Part shown: in pieces, positions 50,401 through 57,918 of the stretch | Layout: the number at the start of each line of letters is the position of its first letter | Position numbering within the stretch: position 1 is the stretch's first letter | Assembly: GCA_042568575.1 (NCBI GenBank) | Contig: JBHPIO010000001.1 | Coordinates: 96,001 to 160,000 of the forward strand | Length of the DNA: 64,000 bases | Origin: Patescibacteria group bacterium | Lineage (GTDB): Bacteria > Patescibacteriota > Gracilibacteria > UBA1369 > PNNO01 | Reading direction: 5' to 3' | Program-made: the position numbers and the translations under genes | The notes under the pieces: generated by a model | Databases searched by the model: none | What the model saw: the letters and a program-made list of their open reading frames with translations, nothing else | What the model was told of the DNA's origin: nothing

Positions 50401-50637
50401 GGTCCAGTATCTTGTGACTGCATCTTTTAGAGCATTAGCAAGGATATGTCCGTAATGAGGCAGACCATTGGCAAATGGAGGCCCATCAAAAAACACATAC
50501 TTCTTCCCGCTTTTTCTGCGAACTACAGATTGCTCAAAGATGTGATTTTCATCCCAGTATTTGAGCATTGCCTGCTCCATATCTGGGAATGACTGCTTTG
50601 CATTCACATCATTAAATGGTTGTTCGTTATTGTTCAT
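47485..50637 (-). CDS. ileS: isoleucine--tRNA ligase, type 2 (IleRS2)
   Basis: DGPPFANGLPHYGH, GWDCHGLP, WTTTPWTLP, DQTRGWFY, KLSKR; no C-terminal Zn finger. Confidence 0.97.
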   Translation of the reverse strand: MNNNEQPFNDVNAKQSFPDMEQAMLKYWDENHIFEQSVVRRKSGKKYVFFDGPPFANGLPHYGHILANALKDAVTRYWTMKGYYVPRTNGWDCHGLPVEYEIEKELEISGKKEIEEYGLENFNDKCRASVFTYTEEWEKLLRRIGRWVDTSESYATLENNYMESIWWVFKQIWDKDMVYQGHKSMHICPRCETPLSNFEVSQGYKDVTDLSVIAKFPLKDESDTFVLAWTTTPWTLPGNVALAFGGDVKYVKIAVENEKYILAKDLVEKVMGDTPYEVLEDVDPKSLEGKEYKPLFPFFEGKLEKKAYVILLADFVSTEDGTGVVHIAPAFGEDDLHLGQKHDLEVLQHVHMDGTFVDDVKPWAGKFVKSQDQNIMTWLHEEGLLFSKENYRHSYPHCWRCDTPLLNFTTKSWFIRVTDIKDKLQANNKKIHWQPEHIQEGRFGKWLEGARDWAISRNRFWGCPIPIWECTECDHKTCVGSVDDLKEKSGGKIPERHGDLDLHKPYIDSVELKCEKCGKSMKRIPEVLDCWFESGSMPYAQLHYPFENKEEFEKNFPAQFIAEGLDQTRGWFYTLHVIATILFDSSAFENVIVNGILLAADGEKLSKRKKNYPDPNMLFDTRGVDAVRFFLYSSTAPLAEDVRFSEAHVDEMIKKFLLTLWNTYSFFVTYANIDKWHPGKINGDFEPKHKLDQWIISELHQLTEESTKELDAYNLTKGTRPMIEFVDNLSNWYIRRSRRRFWKSENDDDKNEAYQTLYVVLKEFSKLIAPFMPFVADEMYRNLSKSCKACEESVHLCDWPVADKKKIDKSLNEEMAVVRRIVNLGHSVRAKSGVKVRQPLAKVQIGLPDSVNHAIVEASKDVITEELNVKELHVLTEVGDIVTKVVRPDARKLGPKHGKDVQKIIQTVKSGDFEELEDGRIKVGDVTLEKDEFEVGFEGKEGYDVQGEAGFVVVLDTTITPELKSEGYAREIIRYIQEMRKKAGFEVFERIYVQVKTDGDVEQAVTDFADYIKRETLGLELQQGSEFTWELEETVEVDGHKVVLGVRREK

Positions 50638-50659
50638 ATTTTTAAATTATTTATAAATA

Positions 50660-50868
50660 CTAAAAACGCCTTCAATAGTTTTCAAGGACGAGATCATTTC
50701 GATCCGCGGTACCACCTTGATTCCTAATAGGAAGGCACTTAATTTTGATTTTGTAACGATGTTTTCTCATCGGAAGATTCTACTCTTGTTCGCTAATTAT
50801 GCGAACAATTTCTTCCCTCTGCGTGGCCGAGTGGCGCTCGAAAAGTGATAACTTTTCTTTGGTACGCA
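50660..50868 (-). ncRNA. T-box riboswitch (Ile specifier AUC) with ultrashort Stem I and a terminator
   Basis: AAGGTGGTACCGCG T-box at 50705-50718, antiterminator partner CGTCCTT, Stem II with AAGAA/AGTAGAA, hairpin GAAAAG-TTATCA-CTTTTC carrying ATC. Confidence 0.9.
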
Positions 50869-50930
50869 TTTACCTGTACTTTTAGCACAGATAAAGTCTA
50901 CCACGAAAGCTTTAAAATGCAAGTTGGAAA

Positions 50931-52274
50931 CTATCTCAACAGATATTCTTCTTCGAAGATTTGTCCTTGCGGATGAGCATCAACAAATCTGTCTTTATTG
51001 TTTATTCGAATGCGATTCCTTGTAATTTTACCTTTAGCATCCACAACATTCCAAGTATTCATGTCTTTATGCCACATTGCCTGCTTAATAGCTCCAGCAT
51101 CACTTTCTACTGTGATAAGCATTTTAGGGTCTGAAGGTTTTCCGATAATATCTTGAACTTGAACTTTTGCTTGTTCAGCTCGGTTTCTAAATTTAACAAC
51201 ATAGTGATTTCCTACTGTTTCAACATATTGTGGACCAACTAATGATGAAGCGAGCCTCATAACAGGACCCTGAACTTTTTTTGGTTTAAGTTTGTTTGGA
51301 ATCATATCTGCACTTGGAACGTGTTGAGCAAATTGCTGCTGAGTAACTCTTCCTGCGCCAGTGTAAAGTGAATAGTATCTAGCTTTATCAGTTTCAACAA
51401 TAACGTTGCTTGCAGTTACCCTAACCTGCAATTTCGACTTTGGAACTTTGTAAGTTCCTTTTGGCCAACCTCTCATAGCTCTTACTAATGGATAGATATC
51501 ATGAGTAGCTGTAAATCCTTTTTCGATTCTACCGTTTAATGTTGCTAAATGACTGTTTCTTATTCGTGCATTTGCAAGTTCTCTTCGTTCCCTCATTGAA
51601 GGTCTTAAGAATCTCATCATAGTTCTCATTGCATGACGATTAACAACCTTTCCTGCAATACAAAGTGGATAATTCCGCATTGACTTAGGACGTGTAAAAC
51701 TAATTGTAAGTTCACCTTTTGGATTTTTTCTTACAAGAAACGTACGACCTTCAAATCTAGCAGTAGTAAATATGAATTGTTTTGGCAAACGAAGGCTTCT
51801 TTCTATCCGCCATTCAACCGATAGCATTTTCTGTAATGATGAGCTGCTATTTGGCAATCCGCTTATAGCTCTTTTTAAGCTACTCTCATACTTTTTCTTT
51901 TCTTTTTCTAATGGACCGGCAACTTGTTTTAAAGCAGCCTTTAGCTGTCTCAATTTACTTTGCAAGTAAGTCACAGGATTCGATTTTCCAATCGCTTTTC
52001 GAATTTCAGGAGCATTTTTTAATGTCTGACGAATAGTATGCGCAGTATAATAAAGTTGCATATGATCTGAATTCTCATCAATATTGTACTGGCGCATGTA
52101 ATCGTCAGCCACTTTTAGTGTTTGCTTTGCATCTTTAAGTAAGTCAGCATTAACTTCAAGCGCTTTCATATGCTCAGCTCCCCCACCGGCTTCCGGTGAA
52201 CGATAGAACACAAGCTTTGAATATGCTGAGATAATGCTTTCCTCATGCATATTTTGTAGAAATTTAGTAAACAT
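50931..52274 (-). CDS. basic hypothetical protein
   Basis: long ORF, Lys/Arg-rich, no classical signal peptide; start uncertain. Confidence 0.7.
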   Translation of the reverse strand: MFTKFLQNMHEESIISAYSKLVFYRSPEAGGGAEHMKALEVNADLLKDAKQTLKVADDYMRQYNIDENSDHMQLYYTAHTIRQTLKNAPEIRKAIGKSNPVTYLQSKLRQLKAALKQVAGPLEKEKKKYESSLKRAISGLPNSSSSLQKMLSVEWRIERSLRLPKQFIFTTARFEGRTFLVRKNPKGELTISFTRPKSMRNYPLCIAGKVVNRHAMRTMMRFLRPSMRERRELANARIRNSHLATLNGRIEKGFTATHDIYPLVRAMRGWPKGTYKVPKSKLQVRVTASNVIVETDKARYYSLYTGAGRVTQQQFAQHVPSADMIPNKLKPKKVQGPVMRLASSLVGPQYVETVGNHYVVKFRNRAEQAKVQVQDIIGKPSDPKMLITVESDAGAIKQAMWHKDMNTWNVVDAKGKITRNRIRINNKDRFVDAHPQGQIFEEEYLLR

Positions 52275-52400
52275 AATATTTTGTGTTAATTTTTGTTTTA
52301 CCATCATATTATTTTAGCATATTTTAGACATTTTGTTAAGCCCTAACCTTGACATAGCTCTCATTTTCCGTACAATTACCTCCAATCTAAATTATTTACT

Positions 52401-53468
52401 ATGAAACGTTCTTACAAAGACATACCAGAAATTGCTTCTGAAAGAGTAGAATTAGAGGAATTCATAACTGAACCAATAGTTAGGATACAAACAGAAGATG
52501 CTAATGATGCAATAACAGCAGGAGAAATTAATGGTCCTGAGGGCTTTAAACTAAGGGAGCATTGTATTACTGAAGGATCAAAACTTCAATCGCTCTTCAC
52601 AATTCATCCTTATGATAAATTCTCAGAAAAAAAGGTTGAAGGGATAAGCATTATTGATCATTTTGAAATAATTCAACGTTATGGAGACCCAACAATTCTT
52701 AATGAAGCTTATTGGTTAGGAGGAAAAGAATGGGGAGCTTTCCCACTTTTGAATCCAAGTATGATGAGAAAACTATCACGAAAAGAGCTTGAAAAACACT
52801 TTTCAAGAATACGTGATACGCGTGATGCTGAAACATTTATTCAAGAAGGTCCAACATTGATTCTTACAGATAGAGATGATGAAGTTGCGGCATATGATGG
52901 GAGTGTAGAAAGGATTGTTGATACAACTAAAGATAGAGTAAAAGATACTACTTGGGCTGTTAAAAGCACCCCTGGAAGCCCTCATGCAACAAAAGTAGAA
53001 GTAGATGAAAACTCTTCAGCCTCACTAGTATTTAATGTAGCTGAATATCCAATTACAGAGGAAGTTAATCCAAATGGAATTATGTTGTTCTTGGATGGTA
53101 AACATATTACCCCATCCGTTATTGCTCAAATAGTTAGGAAAGCTGGAGTTAGAAATCCACTAGGTATTCATGTTGTTGTTGATGGAGAAATCACATGTAG
53201 TGCTCCACATACACTACCAACACGAGCAATAGAAATGGAAGATTTAAAAAGTCCAGATTATGTGAATATTCTTAAACAAGAAGGCACTTTTATTGGAAAC
53301 GGTATTAGTTCAGCTTTGGAAGGGCACTCACAAGATGCACACATTCATACAAATGTTGGACATATGATTGAAGCAAGCGGGAAAGTACTTGTTTATATAT
53401 CCCCTGCTCGTTCAGAAATAAGGGTTGAATATGCGGATGATGCAATCAAACAACAGGTTACTCAGTAA
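52401..53468 (+). CDS. hypothetical protein, possibly with an acetolactate-decarboxylase-like C-terminal metal site
   Basis: G.FIG...G...HIH...GH pattern near the C-terminus; own promoter TTGACA..TACAAT. Confidence 0.6.
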   Translation: MKRSYKDIPEIASERVELEEFITEPIVRIQTEDANDAITAGEINGPEGFKLREHCITEGSKLQSLFTIHPYDKFSEKKVEGISIIDHFEIIQRYGDPTILNEAYWLGGKEWGAFPLLNPSMMRKLSRKELEKHFSRIRDTRDAETFIQEGPTLILTDRDDEVAAYDGSVERIVDTTKDRVKDTTWAVKSTPGSPHATKVEVDENSSASLVFNVAEYPITEEVNPNGIMLFLDGKHITPSVIAQIVRKAGVRNPLGIHVVVDGEITCSAPHTLPTRAIEMEDLKSPDYVNILKQEGTFIGNGISSALEGHSQDAHIHTNVGHMIEASGKVLVYISPARSEIRVEYADDAIKQQVTQ

Positions 53469-54831
53469 TTTTATAGTCCTCAACAAGTTTTTCGGCAATT
53501 CCAAGATACTTTTCCGGAGTTAGCTTTTTTAGACGTTCAATTTCACGTTTAGGCAATCCAGATTTGTTCAGGAATTTCGTAATACTCGATTTATTAATTG
53601 TTTTGCCACGAGTCAGCTCCTTAAGTTTCTCATAAGGATTTTCTAACTTGTACCTCCTCATAACTGTTTGAATTGGTTCCGCCAAAAGTTCCCATGCATC
53701 TTTTAGGTCGGCTCTTATCGCAGTTTTATCGATTACAAGTTTCTGAAGACCACGTAGAACACTTCGGTATCCAAGCACACTATGTCCAAACGCAGCTCCA
53801 AAGTTTCGAAGCACTGTTGAATCTGTTAAGTCTCTCTGCATTCTGGCAATTGGAAGTTTTGCAGCAAAATGTTCGAAAAGCGCATTCGCAACTCCAAGAT
53901 TCCCTTCACTATTTTCAAAATCAATCGGATTAACTTTATGAGGCATCGCAGACGATCCAACTTCACCTTTCTTAGTTTTCTGTTTGAAATATCCAAAACC
54001 GATGTAGGTCCAGATATCACGATCAAAATCCAATAAAATTGTATTGATTCTCTTAAACGCATCGCATATTTCTGCTACAAAATCATGACACTCAATTTGC
54101 GTTGAATATTCAACAAATTCAAGCCCCAAACCTTGTATAAATTTTTTATTCGCTTCCACCCAATCTACGTTTGGATATGCGATATAATGGGCGTTGTAAT
54201 TCCCGGTTGCTCCATTAAATTTAGCTTTCATCGGAATTGACTCCAAAGCAACGATTTGATTAGCAAGACGATCAACTGTGTTCACAAATTCTTTACCCAT
54301 TGTAGTAGGACTTGCAGGCTGACCATGAGTCCGAGCCATCATTGGAACTCCTTTGTACTTTTCTGCGTGAGAATAAAGAGCCTCCGCAACACCAGTAAGC
54401 ATTGGATAAAGCTCGTTGTGGATAGCACCTTGAAGCATTAACGCATAAGCTGTGTTATTAATATCCTCAGAAGTGCATCCAAAATGAATAAATTCAAAAT
54501 ATTTCTCAAGACCCGAGCCTTTCATTGTCTCTTTTATGTAATACTCAATCGCCTTAACGTCATGATTTGTTTTTTTCTCAATATCTTTTACTCTTTGAGC
54601 CGCAACAAGATCAAAAGTTTCGTATAGCGCACGCAAATCGTTAACCTGAAGAGGCTTTAACTCCTTAGTTCCGCTCAATTTCATTTCATTGCAAAGATGA
54701 ATAAACCATTCAATTTCTACAACAATTCTGTAGCGCATAAGAGCTGCCTCAGAAAAATAGCTTCGAAGTTCCTCGACTTTGTCATTATAACGACCATCAA
54801 GTGGAGAAAGTGCAAATAAGGGGTCTATCAT
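53458..54831 (-). CDS. purB: adenylosuccinate lyase
   Basis: ALSPLDGRY, TNHDVKA, HFGCTSEDIN, RTHGQPA, GSSAMPHKVNPIDFEN. Confidence 0.97.
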   Translation of the reverse strand: MIDPLFALSPLDGRYNDKVEELRSYFSEAALMRYRIVVEIEWFIHLCNEMKLSGTKELKPLQVNDLRALYETFDLVAAQRVKDIEKKTNHDVKAIEYYIKETMKGSGLEKYFEFIHFGCTSEDINNTAYALMLQGAIHNELYPMLTGVAEALYSHAEKYKGVPMMARTHGQPASPTTMGKEFVNTVDRLANQIVALESIPMKAKFNGATGNYNAHYIAYPNVDWVEANKKFIQGLGLEFVEYSTQIECHDFVAEICDAFKRINTILLDFDRDIWTYIGFGYFKQKTKKGEVGSSAMPHKVNPIDFENSEGNLGVANALFEHFAAKLPIARMQRDLTDSTVLRNFGAAFGHSVLGYRSVLRGLQKLVIDKTAIRADLKDAWELLAEPIQTVMRRYKLENPYEKLKELTRGKTINKSSITKFLNKSGLPKREIERLKKLTPEKYLGIAEKLVEDYKITE

Positions 54832-54838
54832 TTTTAAT

Positions 54839-55291
54839 TTAGTTAAATTTAGCTTTAATACTTTTGATATGTTCTGCAACACGCTTTTTAAGTTCTGGAT
54901 CGCTGTTACTTAGAATTCTCGTTACTGCCATAGCCGCATTTTGTGGATCAACAACCGTTAAAACAGGTGTATCTGAGGGCATTTGAAGTGTCGAATGCAT
55001 ATTAATAAGCATATCCTCTTTGCCAGAAAATGGAGGACAAGCAATAACAGGATGATTACTATTTGCTGCCACAACTCCAGAAAGACCGTTTGAACGACCA
55101 GCAATTGTTATATAACAGATATCTTCATCAGACTCGTTATATTTCTGAACGACTTCAAAAACTTTTTCAGGAACTTTATGAGCGGAGGCAACTGTGATTT
55201 CGTAAGGAATTTTCCATTCATCAAGAATGTTTGTGATTTTTTCAGCGAATACTTTATCAGATTCGCTACCCATAAGTATTGGAACTAACAT
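54839..55291 (-). CDS. purE: AIR carboxylase PurE (class II-like)
   Basis: ILMGSESD, SAHK, AGRSNGL, PVIACPP, STLQMPS. Confidence 0.92.
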   Translation of the reverse strand: MLVPILMGSESDKVFAEKITNILDEWKIPYEITVASAHKVPEKVFEVVQKYNESDEDICYITIAGRSNGLSGVVAANSNHPVIACPPFSGKEDMLINMHSTLQMPSDTPVLTVVDPQNAAMAVTRILSNSDPELKKRVAEHIKSIKAKFN

Positions 55292-55303
55292 ATTGTTTGC
55301 GGT

Positions 55304-56272
55304 TTATTGCATATAAGGTTTAAGATTTTCTGTAACGCGAGCAAGTGGATCCCCCACTTCTCCTTCGAATGTTTTTCCAGTGATAAGTTCGTATGCTTCG
55401 ATATATCTTCGAGCTGCTTCTACTCGCACCTCATCTGGTAACTCAGGAACTTCTCCTTCTCCGATAAATCCTTGATCAGCAAGCCATTCTCGAACATACT
55501 CTTTGTCGATTTTCTTTTGTTCTTCCCCAGCTGCAAAACGTTGATCATATTCGTTCTGGAACCAAAAACGAGAAGAATCAGGTGTGTGAATTTCATCAAT
55601 CAAAATGATTTCACCATCAGGAGTTTTTCCGAATTCGTACTTTGTATCAACAAGGATAATCCCCTGTTTCGCAGCAATCTCAACCCCTCTCTTGAAAAGT
55701 TTCATTGCAACGTCAGCCATGTAATCAAAATCTTCTTCAGTAATTTTTCCTTCTGCTAGAATTTCTTCTTTCGAAGCCGAAACATCATGATCACCATGTG
55801 CAGCTTTTGTAGAAGGAGTTAGGATCGGTTCATCAAATTTTTGGTTCTTTTTTAGGCCTTCAGGTAATTGATTACCGCAGAAATTCCGTACGCCTTTTTC
55901 ATAATTGTACCAAGCAGAAGTTGATGTAACTCCTGTGATGTATCCGCGAACAACCATCTCAACAGGCATTGCCTCACACTGTTTAACAACAATTGCATTT
56001 GGATCCGGTAATTCAATCATATGATTTCCAACAATGTCTTTAGTCTCATCAAACCAAAATGTTGCCATTTGATTAAGAACTTGGCCTTTAAATGGAAGAA
56101 GTGTTATTATTCGATCGAACGCCGAAAGACGGTCTGTAATTACAATAATACGTTTCTCACCTTGAGTGTAGTTATCCCGAACTTTGCCTTCATAACGTTC
56201 ACCCATATTCGTAAAATTAGTTCCCTTAAAGCATAGAGGGAGTTGTTTCTGGAGGTCTTCAACTGAAATCAT
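55304..56272 (-). CDS. purC: SAICAR synthetase
   Basis: GKVRDNY, TDRLSAFD, EMVVRGY, TPSTKA, VDTKYEFG, DEIHTPDSSR. Confidence 0.96.
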   Translation of the reverse strand: MISVEDLQKQLPLCFKGTNFTNMGERYEGKVRDNYTQGEKRIIVITDRLSAFDRIITLLPFKGQVLNQMATFWFDETKDIVGNHMIELPDPNAIVVKQCEAMPVEMVVRGYITGVTSTSAWYNYEKGVRNFCGNQLPEGLKKNQKFDEPILTPSTKAAHGDHDVSASKEEILAEGKITEEDFDYMADVAMKLFKRGVEIAAKQGIILVDTKYEFGKTPDGEIILIDEIHTPDSSRFWFQNEYDQRFAAGEEQKKIDKEYVREWLADQGFIGEGEVPELPDEVRVEAARRYIEAYELITGKTFEGEVGDPLARVTENLKPYMQ

Positions 56273-56486
56273 TTGTATTTTGAATTAAATAGTATGTGTG
56301 TCTTAAATTTATATTAATTGTTGGAAAGGATCAATGTTGATTTTGCATGTCGAAAAACCACTTTTCAATTAAAGCGGATTAGGGGTTTTCAGGGCGGCTC
56401 AAACAAATAAATGCTTAAGCGCGCCCCGATAGCCCGAGTTTCAGACGGATTATAGGTGCGCGAAACGCGCGAGGTGGGTCGAGAGG

Positions 56487-56963
56487 TCAGCGGCGGATGG
56501 ACTTGGGCGTGAGCGTGGCCTGGATCGCGAGTCGCCTCACGCGAATCTCGGGCATGCTGGGACAGGACTTCTGCACCGGGAGGACGCAGTCCAAGGCGCG
56601 CCCCCAAAGGTCTTGCTGGAGCCACTTGCTCAGCTGGCCCGCCGGGACGGTACGCATCTTGTCGCGATAGGCCTTAATTTTCTTCAAATCCTGGTGGCCA
56701 ATCCAGCCCTTCGTGGAGTGCGGGTCAGGCCACTTGCACTCGAACTTCACGGGTATGGGGCCGCGCGATTTCGCGAGCACCTCGATCTTGCACTGACGCA
56801 TCTCGAGTTGGATCGCGATGAACCACCTCGCCCTGGGTGTCTCGTTGATGACGCGATTCTCGTACTTGAAGTTGATCTTCGCCGGCTTGGGCTTCTGCAC
56901 AGTCGCCGCACAGCCACCGAGCATCATCACGGCCACGATCATTCCGATGTTTCTCAGCTTCAT
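56487..56963 (-). CDS. high-GC basic putative lipoprotein
   Basis: AGAGGAG SD; MKLRNIGMIVAVMMLGG|C lipobox; Lys/Arg-rich. Confidence 0.72.
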   Translation of the reverse strand: MKLRNIGMIVAVMMLGGCAATVQKPKPAKINFKYENRVINETPRARWFIAIQLEMRQCKIEVLAKSRGPIPVKFECKWPDPHSTKGWIGHQDLKKIKAYRDKMRTVPAGQLSKWLQQDLWGRALDCVLPVQKSCPSMPEIRVRRLAIQATLTPKSIRR

Positions 56964-56994
56964 CTCTCACTCCTCTGTTTTACGGGGCGTACCC

Positions 56995-57648
56995 CTACTT
57001 GGTTCTTCTTACGCCTGGCGGTGGTTCCACCAAGCGACTACGTTTCTTGAACTCCTGATGTGCCTTCCTCAAGCATCTGATGCGCTTGGCAGGCAACGGA
57101 AACATCATGCAGATCGACTGATGACTGTTTCTGGTGCAGAGATACGGCAAGCCGTCCCTGTACTTCACCATCATCAGTTGGTGCATAGCAGCCTTCTTGG
57201 CCCAGGTGCCAAACTTGACACCGTTCGACACCATAATCAAGGGTATGAGTTTACCCGATGTCGGACACTTCTTGTGGTGAGTCGTCAGGCTATAGACCGG
57301 AATCGGGTGGATGTACGTAACCGTTCGATTCGGAAACTTGCACACCACGGCGATCTTGGAAGAGTCCCGAATGTAGATAAAGAAGTTTCCGCAGTAGGGA
57401 TTCGCACCCCATGCGGAAATCCAGATCTGAAAGGACTTCCAGACTCTGATGTTCATCTGCCTATACTTCTCGCGCTCCATCGCCTTCTCGATGTCAGGAC
57501 ACTTGGACCGCTTCACGACTTCTACGTCTGCACATGACGATTGTTGATTTGCCCTCCAGCAAGTCAGATATGAACCATTCGAACAAACCGGACCGCAGCC
57601 ACTTAGCAGCAGTCCGATCGCCATCGCAGTCAAAACCAAAGTCTTCAT
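56995..57648 (-). CDS. high-GC Cys-rich basic putative lipoprotein
   Basis: AGAGGTGAT SD; MKTLVLTAMAIGLLLSG|C lipobox; many Cys. Confidence 0.72.
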   Translation of the reverse strand: MKTLVLTAMAIGLLLSGCGPVCSNGSYLTCWRANQQSSCADVEVVKRSKCPDIEKAMEREKYRQMNIRVWKSFQIWISAWGANPYCGNFFIYIRDSSKIAVVCKFPNRTVTYIHPIPVYSLTTHHKKCPTSGKLIPLIMVSNGVKFGTWAKKAAMHQLMMVKYRDGLPYLCTRNSHQSICMMFPLPAKRIRCLRKAHQEFKKRSRLVEPPPGVRRTK

Positions 57649-57821
57649 GAGATCACCTCTTTCGTTTCGTTATTTGTATGCGAGCACTTCTGGCTCGCAA
57701 TTTTCCGTCTTTTTCTCGGGATTACCACCGGCAACACCGCATGAACCAAAAAAAATCAGTATCAGGGAGTTACCTGGCAGTAAGCCAAGAAAAAGTTTGT
57801 CAAAGGACAAAAAAGGTTACC

Positions 57822-57850
57822 ATTACACCATAACCAAGCCGCGAAGTCAA
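57822..57850 (-). promoter_or_regulatory. sigma70 promoter of the lipoprotein pair
   Basis: TTGACT-17 bp-TGTAAT. Confidence 0.5.
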
Positions 57851-57918
57851 CGTTTTGTTCTTATTTAAATTTTATACTATACTTCCCCTGACAAAATTAT
57901 AACTACTAACGAAATCCT

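Noticed and set aside
47441-56382. Shared word AAAGCGGATTAG at the ends of two high-GC islets (about 47442 and 56371)
   Set aside because: Only 12 bp and in opposite orientation relative to the genes; too weak to call a terminal repeat
56613-57537. Plus-strand ORFs of 145 and 239 aa (and similar ones at 34171-35523)
   Set aside because: Antisense shadows of high-GC genes that have SD motifs and signal peptides on the minus strand
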